Of a stretch of DNA of 64,000 nt, positions 30,001-45,000 are shown piece by piece. Source of the DNA: Eledone cirrhosa (Eukaryota); NCBI GenBank assembly GCA_964016885.1, contig OZ024743.1:198338001-198402000 (forward strand), given 5' to 3'. The translations under genes were made by a program, and so were the position numbers. Below the pieces are notes generated by a model. It made no database searches, had not been told where the DNA came from, and saw only the letters and a list, made by a program, of their open reading frames with translations. Every line of letters starts with the position of its first letter. Within the stretch, counting starts at the first letter, position 1.

Positions 30001-33000
30001 GGGTGGGTGATGTAATCGGTTTCTCTAATTATGTATGTGAGTTGGTGATGTAATCGCTTTCTATAAGTATTGATGGGAATGGGTTATGTAATCGGTTTCT
30101 ATAAGTATGGATAGGAGTGGGTGATGTAATCGGTTTCTGTAAGTATGGATGTGAGCGGTTGATGTAATCGGTTTCTATAATATGGATGTGAGCGGGTGAT
30201 ATAATCGGTTTCTATTAGTATGGATGTGAGTGGGTGATGTAATCGGTTTCTATAAGTATGGATGTGAGAGTGTGATGTAAGCGGTTTCTGTAAGTATGGA
30301 TGTGAGAGGGTAATGTAATCGCTTTCTATAAGTATGGATGTGAGAGGGTGATGTAATCACTTTCGACAAGTATGGATGTGAGAGGCTGATGTAATCGGTT
30401 TCTCTATGTATGGATGTAATAGGGTGATGTAATCGGTTTCTGTAAGTATGGATGTGACAGGGTGATGTAATCTGTTTCTAAAAGTATGGATGTGGGTGGG
30501 TGATGTAATCGGTTTCTATAATTATGGATGTGAGTGGGTGATGTAATCGGTTTCTGTTTGTATGTATGTGGGATTGTGATGTAATCGGTTTCTGTAAGTG
30601 TGGATGTGAGAGGGTGATGTAATCGGTTTCTCTAAGTATGGATGTGAGTGGATGATGTAATCTGTTTCTGTAAGTAAGGATGTGAGTGGGGGGATGTAAT
30701 CAATTTCTGAAAGTATGGATATGAGAGGGTGATGTAATCTGTTTCTAAAAGTATGGATGTGAGTGCGTGATGTAATCGGTTTCTCTAATTATGGATGTGA
30801 AATGGTGATATAATCGGTTTCTGTAAGTATGGATGTGAGTGGGTGATGTAATCGGTTTCTATAAGTATGGATGTGAGTGGGTAATGTAATCGGTTTTTGT
30901 TTGTATGGATGTAGGAGTGTGATGTAATCGGTTTCTGTAAATATGGATGTGAGAGGGTGATGTAATCGGTTTCTCTAAGTATGGATGTGAGAGGGTGATG
31001 TAAACTGTTTCTCAATGTATGGATGTAATAGGGTGATGTAATCGGTTGCTGCAAGTCTGGATGTGAGAGGGTGATGTAATCTGTTTCTATAAGTATGGAT
31101 GTGAGAGGGTGATGTAATCGGTTTCTGTAAGTATGGATGTGAGAGGTTGATGTAATCGGTTTCTCAATGTATGGATGTAATAGGGTGATGTAATCAGTTT
31201 CTATAATTATGGATGTAGGTGGCTGATGTAATCGGTTTCTATAAGTATGGATGTGAGTGGGTGATGTAATCGCTTTCTATAAGTATGGATGTGAGAGTTT
31301 GATGCAATCCGTTTCTGTAAGTAAGGATGTGAGAGGGTGATGTAATCGGTTTCTGTAAGTATGGATGCGAGAGGGTGATGTAATTTGATTCTCTATGTAT
31401 GGATGTAATAGGGTGATTTAATCGGTTTCTCTATGTATGGATGTAATAGGGTGATGTAATCGGTTTCTGTAAGTATGGATGTGAGTGGATGATGTAATCG
31501 ATTTCTCTAATTATGGATGTGAAATGGTGATGTAATCGTTTTCTGTAAGTATGGATGTGAGATGGTGATGTAATCGGTTTCTATAATTATGGATGTGAGT
31601 GGGTGATGTAATCGGTTTCCATAAGTATGGATGTCAGTGGCTGATGTAATCAGTTTCTGTAAGTAAGGATGTGCGAGTGTGATGTAATCGGTTACTTTAA
31701 GTATGGAAGTGAGATGGTGATGTAATCGGTTTCTATAAGTATGGATGTGATTGACTGATGTAATCGGTTCCTGTAAGTAAGGATGTGCGAGGGTGATGTA
31801 ATCGGTTTCTGTAAGTATGGATGTGAGTGTGTGATGTAATCGGTTTTCTGTAATTATAGATGTGAGAGGGCGATGTAATCGGTTTCTATATGTATGGATT
31901 TGAGTGTGTGATGTAATCGGTTTCTATAAGTATGGATGTGAGTGGGTTTTGTAATCGGTTTCTCTAAGTATGTATGTGAGAGGGTGATGTAATAGGTTTC
32001 TATAAGTATGGATGTGAGTGGGTGATGAAATCGGTTTCTATAAGTATGGATGTAAATGTTTGAAGTAATCGGTTTCTGTAAGAATGGATGTGAGAGGGTG
32101 ATGTAATTGGTTTCTTTAAGTATGGATGTGAGAGGGTGATGTAATCGGATTCTGTAAATATGGATGTGAATGGGTGATGTAATCGGTTTCTATAAGTATG
32201 GATGTCAGTGTGTGATGTAATCGGTTTCTATAAGTATGGATGTGCGAGGGTGATGTAATCGGTTTCTGTAAGTATGGATGTGAGTGGGTGATGTAATCGG
32301 TTTCTCTATGTATGGATGTGAGTGGGTGATGTAATCGGTTTCTCTAATAATGGATGTGAGATGGTGATGTAATCGATTTCTGTAAGTATGGATGTGAGAG
32401 GGTGATGTAATCGGTTTCTATAATTATGGATGTGAGAGTGTGATGTAATCGCTTACGATAAGTATGGATGTGAGTGGGTGATGTAATCTGTTTCTGTAAG
32501 TATGGATGTGACAGGGTCATGTAATAGGTTTCTATAATTATGGATTTAAGAGGCTGATGTAATCGGTTTCTACAAGTATGGATGTGTGAGCGTGGTGTAA
32601 ACGGTTTCTCTAAGTATGGATGTGAGTGGGTGGATGTGAGTGGATGATGTAATCGGTTTCTCTAAGTAAGGATGTGCGAGCGTGATGTAATCGGTTTCTA
32701 TAAGTATGGATGTGAGTGGCTGATGTAATCGGTTTATGTAAGTAAGGATGTGCGAGGGTGATGTAATCGCTTTCTGTATGTATAGATGTGAGAGGGCAAT
32801 GTAATCGATTTCTATAAGTATGGATGTGAGAGAGTGATGTAATCGGTTTCCATAAGTATGGATGTGAGTGTGTGATGTAATCAGTTTCTGTAAGTATAGA
32901 TGGGAGAGGGCGATGAAATCGGTTTCTATAAGTATGGATGTGAGTGGGTGATGTAATCGGTTTCTATATGTATGGATGTCAGTGTGTGTTGTAATCAGTT

Positions 33001-36000
33001 TCTGTAAGTATGGATGTGAGAGGGTGATGTAATCAGTTTCTGTAAATATGGATGTGAAAGGGCGATGTAATCGGTTTCTATAAGTATGGATGTGAGAGAG
33101 TGATGTAATCGGTTTCTATAAGTGTGAATGTCAGCGTGTGATGTAATCGGTTTCTATAAGTCCGGATGTCAGGGAGCGATGTAATCGGTTTCTATAAGTA
33201 TGGATGTGAGTGGGTGATGTAATCGGTTTCTATAAGTATGGATGTGAGTGGGTGATGTAATCGGTTTCTATAAGTATGGATGAGAGTGGGAGATGTAATG
33301 GGTTTCTGTTTGTATGGATATGGGAGTGTGATGTAATCGGTTTCCTTAAATATGGATGTGAGAGGGTGATGTAATCGGTTTCTCTAAGTATGGATGTGAG
33401 TGGGTGATGTAATCGGTTTCTCTAATTATGGATGTGAGATGGTGATGTAATCTGTTTATGTAAGTATGGATGTGAGAGGGTGATGTAAACGGTTTCTCTA
33501 TGTATGGATGTAATAGGGTGATGTAATCGGTTTCTGTAAGTATGGATGGGAGAGGGCGATGTAATCGCTTTCTCTGTGTATGGATGTAATAAGGTGATGT
33601 AATCGGTTTCTGTTTGTATGGATGTGGGAGTGTGATGTAATCGGTTTCTGTAAGTATGGATGTGAGTGGGTGTTGTAATCGGGTTCTCTAAGTATGGATG
33701 TGAGAGGGTGATGTAATAGGTTTCTATAAGTATGGATGTGAGTGGGTGATGTAATCGGTTTCTATAAGTATGGATATAAATGTTTGAAGTAATCGGTATC
33801 TGTAAGAATGGATGTGAGAGGGTGATGTAATTGGTTTCTTTAAGTATGGATGTGAGAGGGTGATGTAATCGGATTCTGTAAATATGGATGTGAATGTGTG
33901 ATGTAATCGGTTTCTATAAGTATGGATGTCAGTGTGTGATGTAATCGGTTTCTATAAGTATGGATGTGCGAGGGTGATGTAATCGGTTTCTGTAAGTATG
34001 GACGAGAGAGGGCGATGTAATCGGTTTCTATATGTATGGATGTGAGTGGGTGATGTAATCGGTTTCTATAAGTATGGATGTGAGTGGGTGATGTAATCGG
34101 TTTCTGTTTGTATGGATGTGGGAGTGTGATGTAATCGGTTCTGTAAGTATGGATGTGAGAGGGCGATGTAATCAGTTTCTGTAAGTATGTATGTGAGAGG
34201 GCGATGTAATCGGTTTCTATAAGTGTGGATGTGAGTGGGTGATATAATGGGTTTCTATTAGTATGGATGTGAGTGGGTGATGTAATAGGTTTCTCCAACT
34301 ATGGATGTGAAATGGTGATGTAATCGGTGTCTGTAAGTATGGATGTGAGAGGGTGATGTAATCGGTTTCTCTATGTATGGATGTGAGTGGGTGATGTAAT
34401 CGGTTTCTCTAATTATGGATGTGGGAGGGTGATGTAATCGGTTTCTGTAAGTATGGATGTAAGAGGGCGATGTAATCAGTTTGTATAAGTATGGATGTGA
34501 GTGGGTGATGTAATCGGTTTCTGTAAGTATGGATGTGAGAGGCTGATGTAATCGGTTTCTATAAGTATGGATGTGAGAGGGTGATGTAAACGGTTTCTCT
34601 AAGTATGTATGTGAGTGGGGGGATGTGAGTAGATGATGTAATCGGTTTCTGTAAGTAAGGATGTGCGAGCGTGATGTAATCGGTTTCTATAAGTATGGAT
34701 GTGAGTGGCTGATGTAATCGGTTTCTCTAAGTAAGGATGTGCGAGGGTGATGTAATCGATTTCTGTATGTATAGATGTGAGAGGGCGATGTAATCGGTTT
34801 CTATAAGTATGGATGTGAGTGGGTGATGTAATCGGTTTCTATATGTATGGATGTCAGTGGCTGTTGTAATCGGATTCTCTAAGTATGGATGTGAGAGGGT
34901 GATGTAATAAGTTTCTGTAAATATGGATGTGAAAGGGCGATGTAATCGGTTTCTATAAGTATGGATGTGAGAGAGTGATGTAATCGGTTTCTATAAGTGT
35001 GAATGTCAGTGTGTGATGTAATCGGTTTCTGTAAATATGGATGTGAGATGGTGATGTAATCGGTTTCTCTAAGTATGGATGTGAGTGGGTGATGTAATCG
35101 GTTTCTCTAATTATGGATGTGAGGTGGTGATGTAATCTGTTTATGTAAGTATGTATGTGACAGGGGGATGTAATCGGTTTCTATAATTATGGATGTAAGT
35201 GGCTGATGTAATCGGTTTCTATAATTATGGATTTGAGAGGGTGATGTAAACGGTTTCTCTATGTATGGATGTAATAGGGTGATGTAATCGGTTTCTGTAA
35301 ATATGGATAGGAGAGGGCGATGTAATCGGTTTCTCTGTGTATGGATGTAATAGGGTGATGTAATCGGTTTCTGTTGGTATGGATGTAGGAGTGTGATGTA
35401 ATCCGTTTCTGTACGTATGGATGTTAGAGGGTGATGTAATCGGTTTCTGTAAGTATGGATGTGGGAGGGTGATTTAATCGGTTTCTGTAAGTATGGATGT
35501 AAGAGGGCGATGTAATCGGTTTCTATAAGTATGGATGTAAATGTTTGATGTAATCGTTTTCTGTAAGAATGGATGTGAGAGGGTGATGTAATTCGTTTCT
35601 GTAAGTATGGATGTGAGAGGGTGCTGTAATCGGTTTCTGTAAATATAGATGTGAGAGTGTGATGTAATCGGTTTCTATAAGTATGAATGTGAGTGGGTGA
35701 GGTAATCGGTTTCTATAATTATGGATGTCAGTGGGTATTGTAATCCATTTCTCTAAGTATGGATGAGAGTGGGTGATGTAATCGGTTTCTATAAGTATGG
35801 ATGTGAGCGGTTGATGTAATCGGTTTCTATAAGTATGGTTGTGAGTGGGTGATGAAATCAGTTTCTGTACGTATGGATGTGAGTGGGAGATGTAATCGGT
35901 TTCTATAAGTATGCATTCGAGAGAGTGATGTAATCGGTTTCTATAAGTATGAATGTGAATGTCTGATGCCATCGGTTTCTGTAAGTATGGATGTGAGAGG

Positions 36001-39000
36001 GTGATGTAATCAGTTTCTATAAGTATGGATGTGAGTGGGTGAGGTAATGGGTTTCTATAAGTATGGATGTGAACAGGTGATATAATCGGTTTCTATAAGT
36101 ATTGATGTCATGTAATCGTTTTTTGTATGTATGCATTTGAGAGCGTGATGTCATCGGTTTCTGTAAGTATAGATGTGAGAGGGCGATGTAATCGGTTTCT
36201 ATAAGTATGGATGTGAGAGGGCGATGTAATCAGTTTCTGTAAGTATGGATGTGAGTGGGTGACGTAATCGGTTTCTCTAAGTATGGATGTGAGAGGGTGA
36301 TGTAGTCGGTTTCTATAAGTATGGATGTGAGTGGGTGTAATCGGCTTCTATAAGTATGGATGTGAGTGGGTGATGTAATCGGTTTTTGTTTGTATGGATG
36401 TGGGAGTGTGATGTAATCGGTTTCTGTAAGTATGGATGTGAGAGGGTGATATAATCGGTTTCTCTAAGTATGGATGTAAGTGGCTGATGTAATCGGTTTC
36501 TATATGTATGGATGTAAATGTTTGATGTAATCGGTTTCTGTAAGAATGGATGTGCGAGGGTGATTTAATTGGTTTCTGTAAGTATGGATGTGAGTGTGTG
36601 ATGTAATCGGTTTCTGTAAATATAGATGTGAGAGGGTGATGTAATCGGTTTCTGTAAGTATGGATGTGAGTGGGTGATGTAATCGGTTTCTGTACGTATG
36701 GATGTGAGAGGGTTATATAATCGATTTATTTAAATATGGATGTCATGTGTGATGTAATCGGTTTCTCTAAGTATGGGTGTGAGAGGGTGATGTAAGCGGT
36801 TTCTGTAAGTATGGATTTGAGAGGGTGATGTAAACGGTTTCTCTAAGTATGGATGTGAGAGGGTGATGTAATCACTTTCTATAAGTATGGATGTAAGAGG
36901 GTGATGCAATCGGTTTCTGTAAGTAAGGATGTGAGTGGCGGATGTAATCACTTTCTGCAAGTATGGATGTGAGTGGGTGAGTTAATCGGTTTCTCTATGT
37001 ATGGATGTAATAGGGTGATGTAATCGGCTTCTGTAAGTATGGATGTGAGAGGGTGATGTAATCGGTTTCTATAATTATGGATGTGAGTGTGTGATGTAAT
37101 CGGTTCCTATAAGTATGGACGTGATCGGCTGATGTAATCGGCTTCTATAAGTATGTATGTGAGTGTGTGATGTAATAGGTTTCTGTAAGTATAGATGTGA
37201 GAGGGCGATGTAATCGGTTTCTATAAGTATGGATGCGAGTGTGTGTAATCGGTTTCTATAAGTATGGATGTGAGTGGGTGATGTAATCGGTTTCTGTTTG
37301 TATGGATGTGGGAGTGTGATGTAATCGGTTTCTGTAAGCATGGATGTGAGAGGGTGATATAATCGATTTCTCTAAGTATGGATGTGAGTAGGTGATGTAA
37401 TCGGTTTCTCTAATTATGGATGTGAGATGGTGATGTAATCTCCTTCTGTAGGTATGGATGTGACAGTGTGATGTAATCGGTTTCTGTAATTATGGATGTA
37501 AGTGGCTGATGTATTCGGTTACTATATGTATGGATGTAAATGTTTGATGTAATCGGTTTCTGTAAGAATGGATGTGCGAGGGTGATTTAATTGGTTTCTG
37601 TAAGTATGGATGTGAGTGTGTGATGTAATCGGTTTCTATAAATATAGATGTGAGAGTGTGATGTAATCGGTTTCTATAAGTATGGATGTGAGTGGGTGAG
37701 GTAATCGTTTTCTATAAGTATGGATGTAAATGTTTGATGTAATCGATTTCTGTAAGAATGGATGTGAGAGGGTGATGTAATCGGTTTCTATAAGTATGAA
37801 TGTGAGTGGGTGAGGTAATCGGTTTCTATAAGTATGGATGTCATTGGATATTGTAATCCATTTCTCTAACTATGGATGAGAGTCGGTGATGTAATCGTTT
37901 TCTATAAGTATGGATGTCAGTGGGTATTGTAATCCGTTTCTATAAGTATGGATGTGAGTGGGAGATGTAATCGGTTTCAGTATGTATGCATTTGAGAGAG
38001 TGATGTAATCGGTTTCTATAAGTATGAATGTGAATGTGTGATGTCATCGCTTTCTGTAAGTATAGATGTAAGAGGGCGATGTAATCAGTTTCTATGAATA
38101 TGGATGTGGGTGATGTAATCGGTTTCTATAAGTATGGATGTGAGAGGGTGATTTAATCGGTTTTTGTAAGTATGGATGTGGGAGTGTGATGTAGTCTGTT
38201 TCTATAAGTATGGATGTGAGCGGCTGATGTAATCGGTTTCTGTAAGTATGAATGTGAGAGGTTTATATAATCGATGTATTTAAATATGGATGTCATGGAT
38301 GATGTAATCGGTTTCTCTAAGTATGGATGTGAGAGGGTGATGTAAGCGATTTCTATAAGTATGGATGCGAGTGGGTGATGTACTCGGTTTCTATAAGTAT
38401 AGATGTGAGTGGGTGATGTAATCGGTTTCTGTTTGTATGGATGTGGGAGTGTGATGTAATCGGTTTCTGGAAGTATGGATGTGAGAGGGTGATGTAATCT
38501 GTTTCTGTAAATATGGATGTGAGAGGGTGATGTAATCGGTTTCTATAATTATGGATGTAAGTGGCTGATGTAATCGGTTACTATATGTATGGATGTAAAT
38601 GTTTGATGTAATCGGTTTCTGTAAGAATGGATGTGCGAGGGTTATCTAATCGGTTTCTCTAAGTATGGATGTGAGTGGGTGAGGTAATCGGTTTCTATAA
38701 GTATTGATGTTTGTGGGTGATGTAATCGGTTTCTGTATGTATGCATTTGAGAGCGTGACGTAATCGGTTTCTATAAGTATGAATGTGAATGTGTGATGTC
38801 ATCGGTTTCTGTAATTATAGATGTGAGAGGGCGATGTAATCAGTTTCTATAAGTATGGATATAAGTGGGTGATGTAATCGGTTTCTATAAGTATGGATGT
38901 GAGCGTGTATTCTAATCGGTTGCTGTAAGTATTGATGCGAGTGGGTGATGTAATCGGTTTCTGTAAGTTTGGATTGTGAGTGGGTGATGTAATCAGTTTG

Positions 39001-42000
39001 TGTGAGTATGTATGTGAGTGGGTGATATAATCGGTTACTGTAAGTATGGATGTGAGAGGGTTATGTAATCGATTTATGTAAATATGGATGTGAGAGTGTG
39101 ATGTAATCGGTTTCTGTAAGTATGGATATGAGAGGGCGATGTAATCTGTTTCTATAAGTATGGATGTGAGTGGGTGATGTAATCGGTTTCTATAAGTATG
39201 GATGCGAGTGTGTGTAATCGGTTTCTATAAGTATGGATGTGAGTGGGTGATGTAATCGGTTTCTCTAATTATGGATGTGAGATGGTGATGTAATCTGTTT
39301 CTGTAAGTATGGATGTGACAGGGTGATATAATCGGTTTCTATGATTATGGATGTAAGTGGGTGAGGTAATCGGTTTCTATAAGTATGGATGTGAGCGGGT
39401 GATGTAATCGGTTTCTATAAGTATGGAGTGCAGTGGGTGATGTAATCGGTTTCTGTAAGGAAGGATGTGAGCGGTTGATGTAATCGGTTTCTATAATATG
39501 GATGTGAGTGGGTGATGTATTCGGTTTCTGTTTGTATGCACGTTAGAGTGTGATGTAATCGGTTTCTGTAAGTATGGATTTGAGAGGGTGATGTAAACCG
39601 TTTCTCTAAGTATGGATGTGAGAGGGTGAAGTAGTCACTTTTTATAAGTATGGATGTGAGTGGGTGAGTTAATCGTCTTCTGTAAGTATGGATGTGAGAG
39701 GGTGATGTAATCGGTTTCTATAATTATGGATGTGAGTGTGTGATGTAATCGGTTTCTATAAGTATGGATGTGAGTGTCTGATGTAATCGGTTTCTATAAG
39801 TGTGGATGAGAGTTTGTGATGTAATAGGTTTCTGTAAGTATAGATGTGAGAGGGCGATGTAATCGGTTTCTATAAGTATGGATGTCAGTGGGTGTTGTAA
39901 TCGGTTACTCTATGTATGGATGTGAGAGGGTGTTGTAATCGGTTTCTGTAAATATGGATGTGAAAGTGTGATGTAATCGGTTTCTATAAGTATGAATGTG
40001 AGAGGGCTATGTAATCGGTTTCTATAAGTATGGATGTGAGTGGGTGATGTAATCGGTGTCTCTAAGTATGGATGTAAATGTTTGATGTAATCGGTTTCTG
40101 TAAAAATGGATGTGAGAGGGTGATGTAATCGGTTTCTGTAAATATGGATGTGAAAGGGTGATGTAATCGGTTTCTGTAAGTATGTATGTGAGATGGTTAT
40201 ATAATCAGTTTCTATAAGTATGGATGTGCGACTTTGATGTAATCGGTTACTATAAGTATGGATGTGAGAGGTTGATCTAATCGGTTTCTGTATGTATGCA
40301 TGTGGGAGAGTGACGTAATCGGTTTCTATAAGTATGGATGTGAGTGGGTGTTGTAATCGGTTTCGGTATGTATGCATGTGAGAGAGTGATGCAATCTGTT
40401 TCTATAAGTATGGAAGTCAGTGGGTGTTGTAATCGGTTTCTCTAAGTATAGATTTGAGTGGATGATGTAATCAGTTTCTATAAGTATGGATGTGAGTGGG
40501 TGATGTAATCGGTTTCTGTAACTATGGATGTGAGACGGCGATGTAATCAATTTCTATAAGTATGGATGTGTGTGGGTGAGGTAATCGGTTTCTATAAGTA
40601 TGGATGTGATTGGGTGATGTAATCGGTTTCTATAAGTATGGATTTGAGAGTGTGATGTAATCGGTTTCTGTAAGTATCGATGTGTGAGGGCGATGTAATC
40701 GGTTTCTGTAAGAATGGATGTGAGAGGGTGACGTAATTGGTTTCTGTAAGTATGGATGTGAGAGGGTTATGTAATCGGTTTCTGTAAGTATGGATGTGGG
40801 TGGGTGATGTAATCGGTTTCTGTAAACATGGATGTGAGACGGCGATGTAATCAGTTTCTATAAGTATGGATGTGGGTGGGTGATGTAATCGGTTTCTGTA
40901 AGTATGGATGTGAGTGGGTGATGTAATCGGTTTCTATAAGTATGGATGTGAGTGGGTGATGTAATCGGTTTCTATAAGTATGGATGTGAGAGGGTTATGT
41001 AATCGGTTTCTATAAGTATGGATGGGAGTGGGTGATGTAATCGGTTTCTGTAAGTATAGATTTGAATGGGTGATGTAATCAGTTTCCATAAGTATGGATG
41101 TGAGTGGGTGATGTAATCGGTTTCTGTATGTATGCCTGTGAGAGAGTGACGTAATCGGTTTCTATAAGTATGGATGTAAGTGGGTGATGTAATCGGTTTC
41201 TGTATGTATGCATGTGAGAGAGTGATGTAATCGGTTTCTATAAGTATGGATGTCAGTGGGTGTTGAAATCGGTTTCTCTAAGTATGGATGTGAGAGGGTG
41301 ATGTAATCGGTTTCTATAAGTATGGATGTGAGAGGGTGATGTAATCGGTTTCTGTAAGTATCGATGTGAGAGGGCGATGTAATCGGTTTCTGTTAGAATG
41401 GATGTGAGAGGGTGACGTAATTGTTTTCTGTAACTATGGATGTGAGAGGGTGATGTAATCGGTTTCTGTAACTATGGATGCGAGACGGCGATGTAATCAG
41501 TTTCTATAGGTATGGATGTGGGTGGGTGATGTAATCGGTTTCTGTAAGTATGAATGTGAGTGGGTGATGTAATCGGTTTGTATAAGTATGGATGTGAGAG
41601 GACGAAGTAATCGGTTTCTATAAGTATGGATGTGAGTGGGTCATGTAATCGGTTTCTATAAGTATGGATGTGAGAGGGTTATATAATCGGTTTCTATAAG
41701 TATGGATGGGATTGGGTGATGTAATCGGTTTCTCTAAGTATGGATGTGAGTGGGTGATGTAATCGCTTTCTATAAGTATGGATGTGAGTGGGTGATATAA
41801 TCGGTTTCTATAAGTATGGATGTGAGTGGGTGATGTAATCGGTTTCTATAATATGGATGTAAATGTTTGTTGTATTCGCTTTTTGTAAGAATGGTTGTGA
41901 GAGTGTGATGTAATTGGTTTCTGTAAATATGGACGTGAGAGGGCGATGTAATCGGTTTCTATAATATGGATGTGAGAGGGTGATGTAATCGGTAGCTATA

Positions 42001-45000
42001 AGTATGGATGTGAGAGGTTGATGTAATAGGTTTCTATAAGTATGGATGTAAATCTTTGATGTAATCGGTTTCTGTAAGTATGGATGTGAGAGGGTGATGT
42101 AATCGGTTTCTGTAAGTATGGATGTGAGTGGGTGATATACTCGGTTTCTATAAGTATAGATGTGAGTGGGTGATGTAATCGATTTCTCTAAGTATGGATG
42201 CGAGTGAGTGATGTAATCGGTTTCTGTAAGTATGGATGTAAATGTTTGATGTAATCGGTTTCTGTAAGTATGAATGTGAGAGGGTTATGTAATCGGTTTC
42301 TATAAGTATGGATGTGAGAGGGTGATGTAATCGGTTTCTGTAAGTATGGATGTGAGAGGGTGATGTAATCGATTTATGTAGGTATGGATGTGAGCGGTTG
42401 ATGTAATCGGTTTCTATAATATGGATGTGAGTGGGTGATGTAATTGGTTTCTGTAAGTATGGATTGCGAGTGGGTGATCTAATCAGTTTCTGTAAGTATG
42501 GATGTGAGAGGATGATGTAATCGGTTTATATAATTATGGATGTGAATGGGTGATGTAATCGGTTTCTGTAAGTATGGATGTGAATGGGTGATGTAATTGG
42601 TTTCTGTAAGTATGGATGTGTGAGGGTGATGTAATCGGTTTCTGTAAGTATGGATGTGAGTGGCTGATGTAATCGGGTTCTGTAAGTAAGGATGTGCGAG
42701 GATGAAGTAATCGGTTACTATAAGTATGGATGTGAGAGGGTGATGTAATCGGTTTCTCTAAGTATGGATGTGGGTGAGTGATGTAATCGGTTTCTATAAG
42801 TATGGATGTGGGTGAGCGATGTAATCGGTCTCTGTTTGTATGGATGTGAGTGGATGATGTAATCTGTTTCTGTAAGTATGGATGTGAGCGGTTGACGTAA
42901 TCGGTTTTTATAATGTAGATGTGAGTGGGTGATATAATCGGTTTCTATTAGTATGGATGTGAGTGGGTGATGTAATTGGATTTTGTTTGTTTGGAAGTGG
43001 GAGTGTGTTGTAATCGGTTTCTGTAAGTATGGATGTGAGTGGGTGATGTAATCGGTTTCTATAAGTATGGATGTGAGAGGGTGATGTAATCGGTTTCTGA
43101 GAGTATGGATGTGAGAGGGTGATGTAATCTATTTCTACAATTATGGATGTGAGTGGGTGAGGTAATCAGTTTCTCTAAGTATAGATGTGCGAGGTTGATG
43201 TAATCGGTTTCTCTATGTATGGATGTGAGAGTGTGATGTAATAGGTTTGTGTAAGTATGGATGTGAGAGGGTTATGTAATCGGTTTCTGTAAGCATGGAT
43301 GTGAGTGGGTGATGTAATCGGTTTCTGTAAGTATGGATGTGAGTGGGTGATGTAATTGGTTTCTGTAAGTATGGATGTGAGAGGGTGATGTAATCGGTTC
43401 CTGTAAGTATGGATTGCGAGTGGGTGATGTAATGAGTTTCTGTAAGTATGGATGTGAGAGGGTGATGTAATCGGTTTCTATACGTATGGATGTGAGAGGG
43501 TGATGTAGTCGGTTTCTATATGTATGGATGTGAGTGAATGATGTAATCGGTTTCTGTAAGTTTGGATGTGAGAGGGTGATGTAATCGATTTATTTAAATA
43601 TGGATGTGAGAGGGTGATGTAATCGGTTTCTGTAAGTATGAATGTAAATGTTTGATGTAATCGGTTTCTGTAAGAATGGATGTGAGAGGGTGATGTAATT
43701 GGTTTCTATAAGTATGGATATGAGTGGGTGATGTAATCGGTTTCTATAAGTAAGGATGTGTGAGGGTGATGTAATCGGTTTCTGTAAGTATGGATGTGAG
43801 TGGGTGATATAATTGTTTTCTGTAAGTATGGATGTGAGCGGGTGATGTAATCGGTTTCTGTAAGTATTGATGCGAGTGGGTGATGTAATCAGTTTCTGTA
43901 AGTATGGATGTGAGTGAGTGATGTAATCGGTTTCTGTAAGTATTGATGCGAGTGGGTGATGTAATCAGTTTCTGTAAGTATGGATGTGAGAGGGTGATGT
44001 AATCGGTTTCTGTAATTATGGATGTGAGCGGGTGATGTAATCGGTTTCTGTAAGTATGGATGTGAGTGAATGATGTAATCGGTTTCTGTAAGTATGGATG
44101 TGAGTGAGTGATGTAATCGGTTTCTGTAAGTATGGATGTGGGAGGGTGATGTAATCAGTTTCTGTAAGTATGGATTGCGTGTGGTTGATGTAATCAGTTT
44201 CTGTAAGTATGGATGTGAGATGGTGATGTAATCGGTTTCTATACGTATGGTTGTGAGAGGGTGATGTAGTCGGTTTCTATATGTATGGATGTGAGTGGGT
44301 GATGTAATCGGTTTCTGTAAGTATGGATTGCGAGTGGGTGATCTGATCGGTTTCTGTAAGTATGGATGTGAGAGGGTGATGTAATCGATTTATGTAAATA
44401 TGGATGTGAGAGGGTGATGTAATCGGTTTCTCTAATTATGGATGGGAGAGGGTATTGTAATCGGTTTCTATAAGTATGGATGTGGGTGAGTGATGTAATT
44501 GGTTTCTATAATTATGGATGTGAATGGGTGATGCAATGGGTTTCTATAAGTATGGATGTGAGTGGATGATGTAATCGGTTTCTGTAAGTATGGATGTGAG
44601 CGGTTGATGTTATCGGTTTCTGTAATATGGATGTGAGTGGGTGATATAATCGGTTTTTATTAGTATGGATGTGAGTGGGTGATGTAATCGGTTTCTGTTT
44701 GTATGGATGTGAGAGTTTGATGTAATCGTTTTCTGTAAGTATGGATGTGAGCGCTTGATGTAATTGGTTTCTATAATATGGATGTGAGTGGGTGATATAA
44801 TCGGTTTTTATTAGTATGGATGTGAGTGGGTGATGTATTCGGTTTCTGTTTGTATGGATGTGAGAGTGTGATGTAATCGGTTTCTGTAAGTATGGATGTG
44901 AGTGAGGGATGTAATCAGTTTCTGCAAGTATGGATGTGAGAGGGGGATGTAATCGGTTTATATAATTATGGAGGTGAGTGGGTGATGTAATCGGTTTCTA

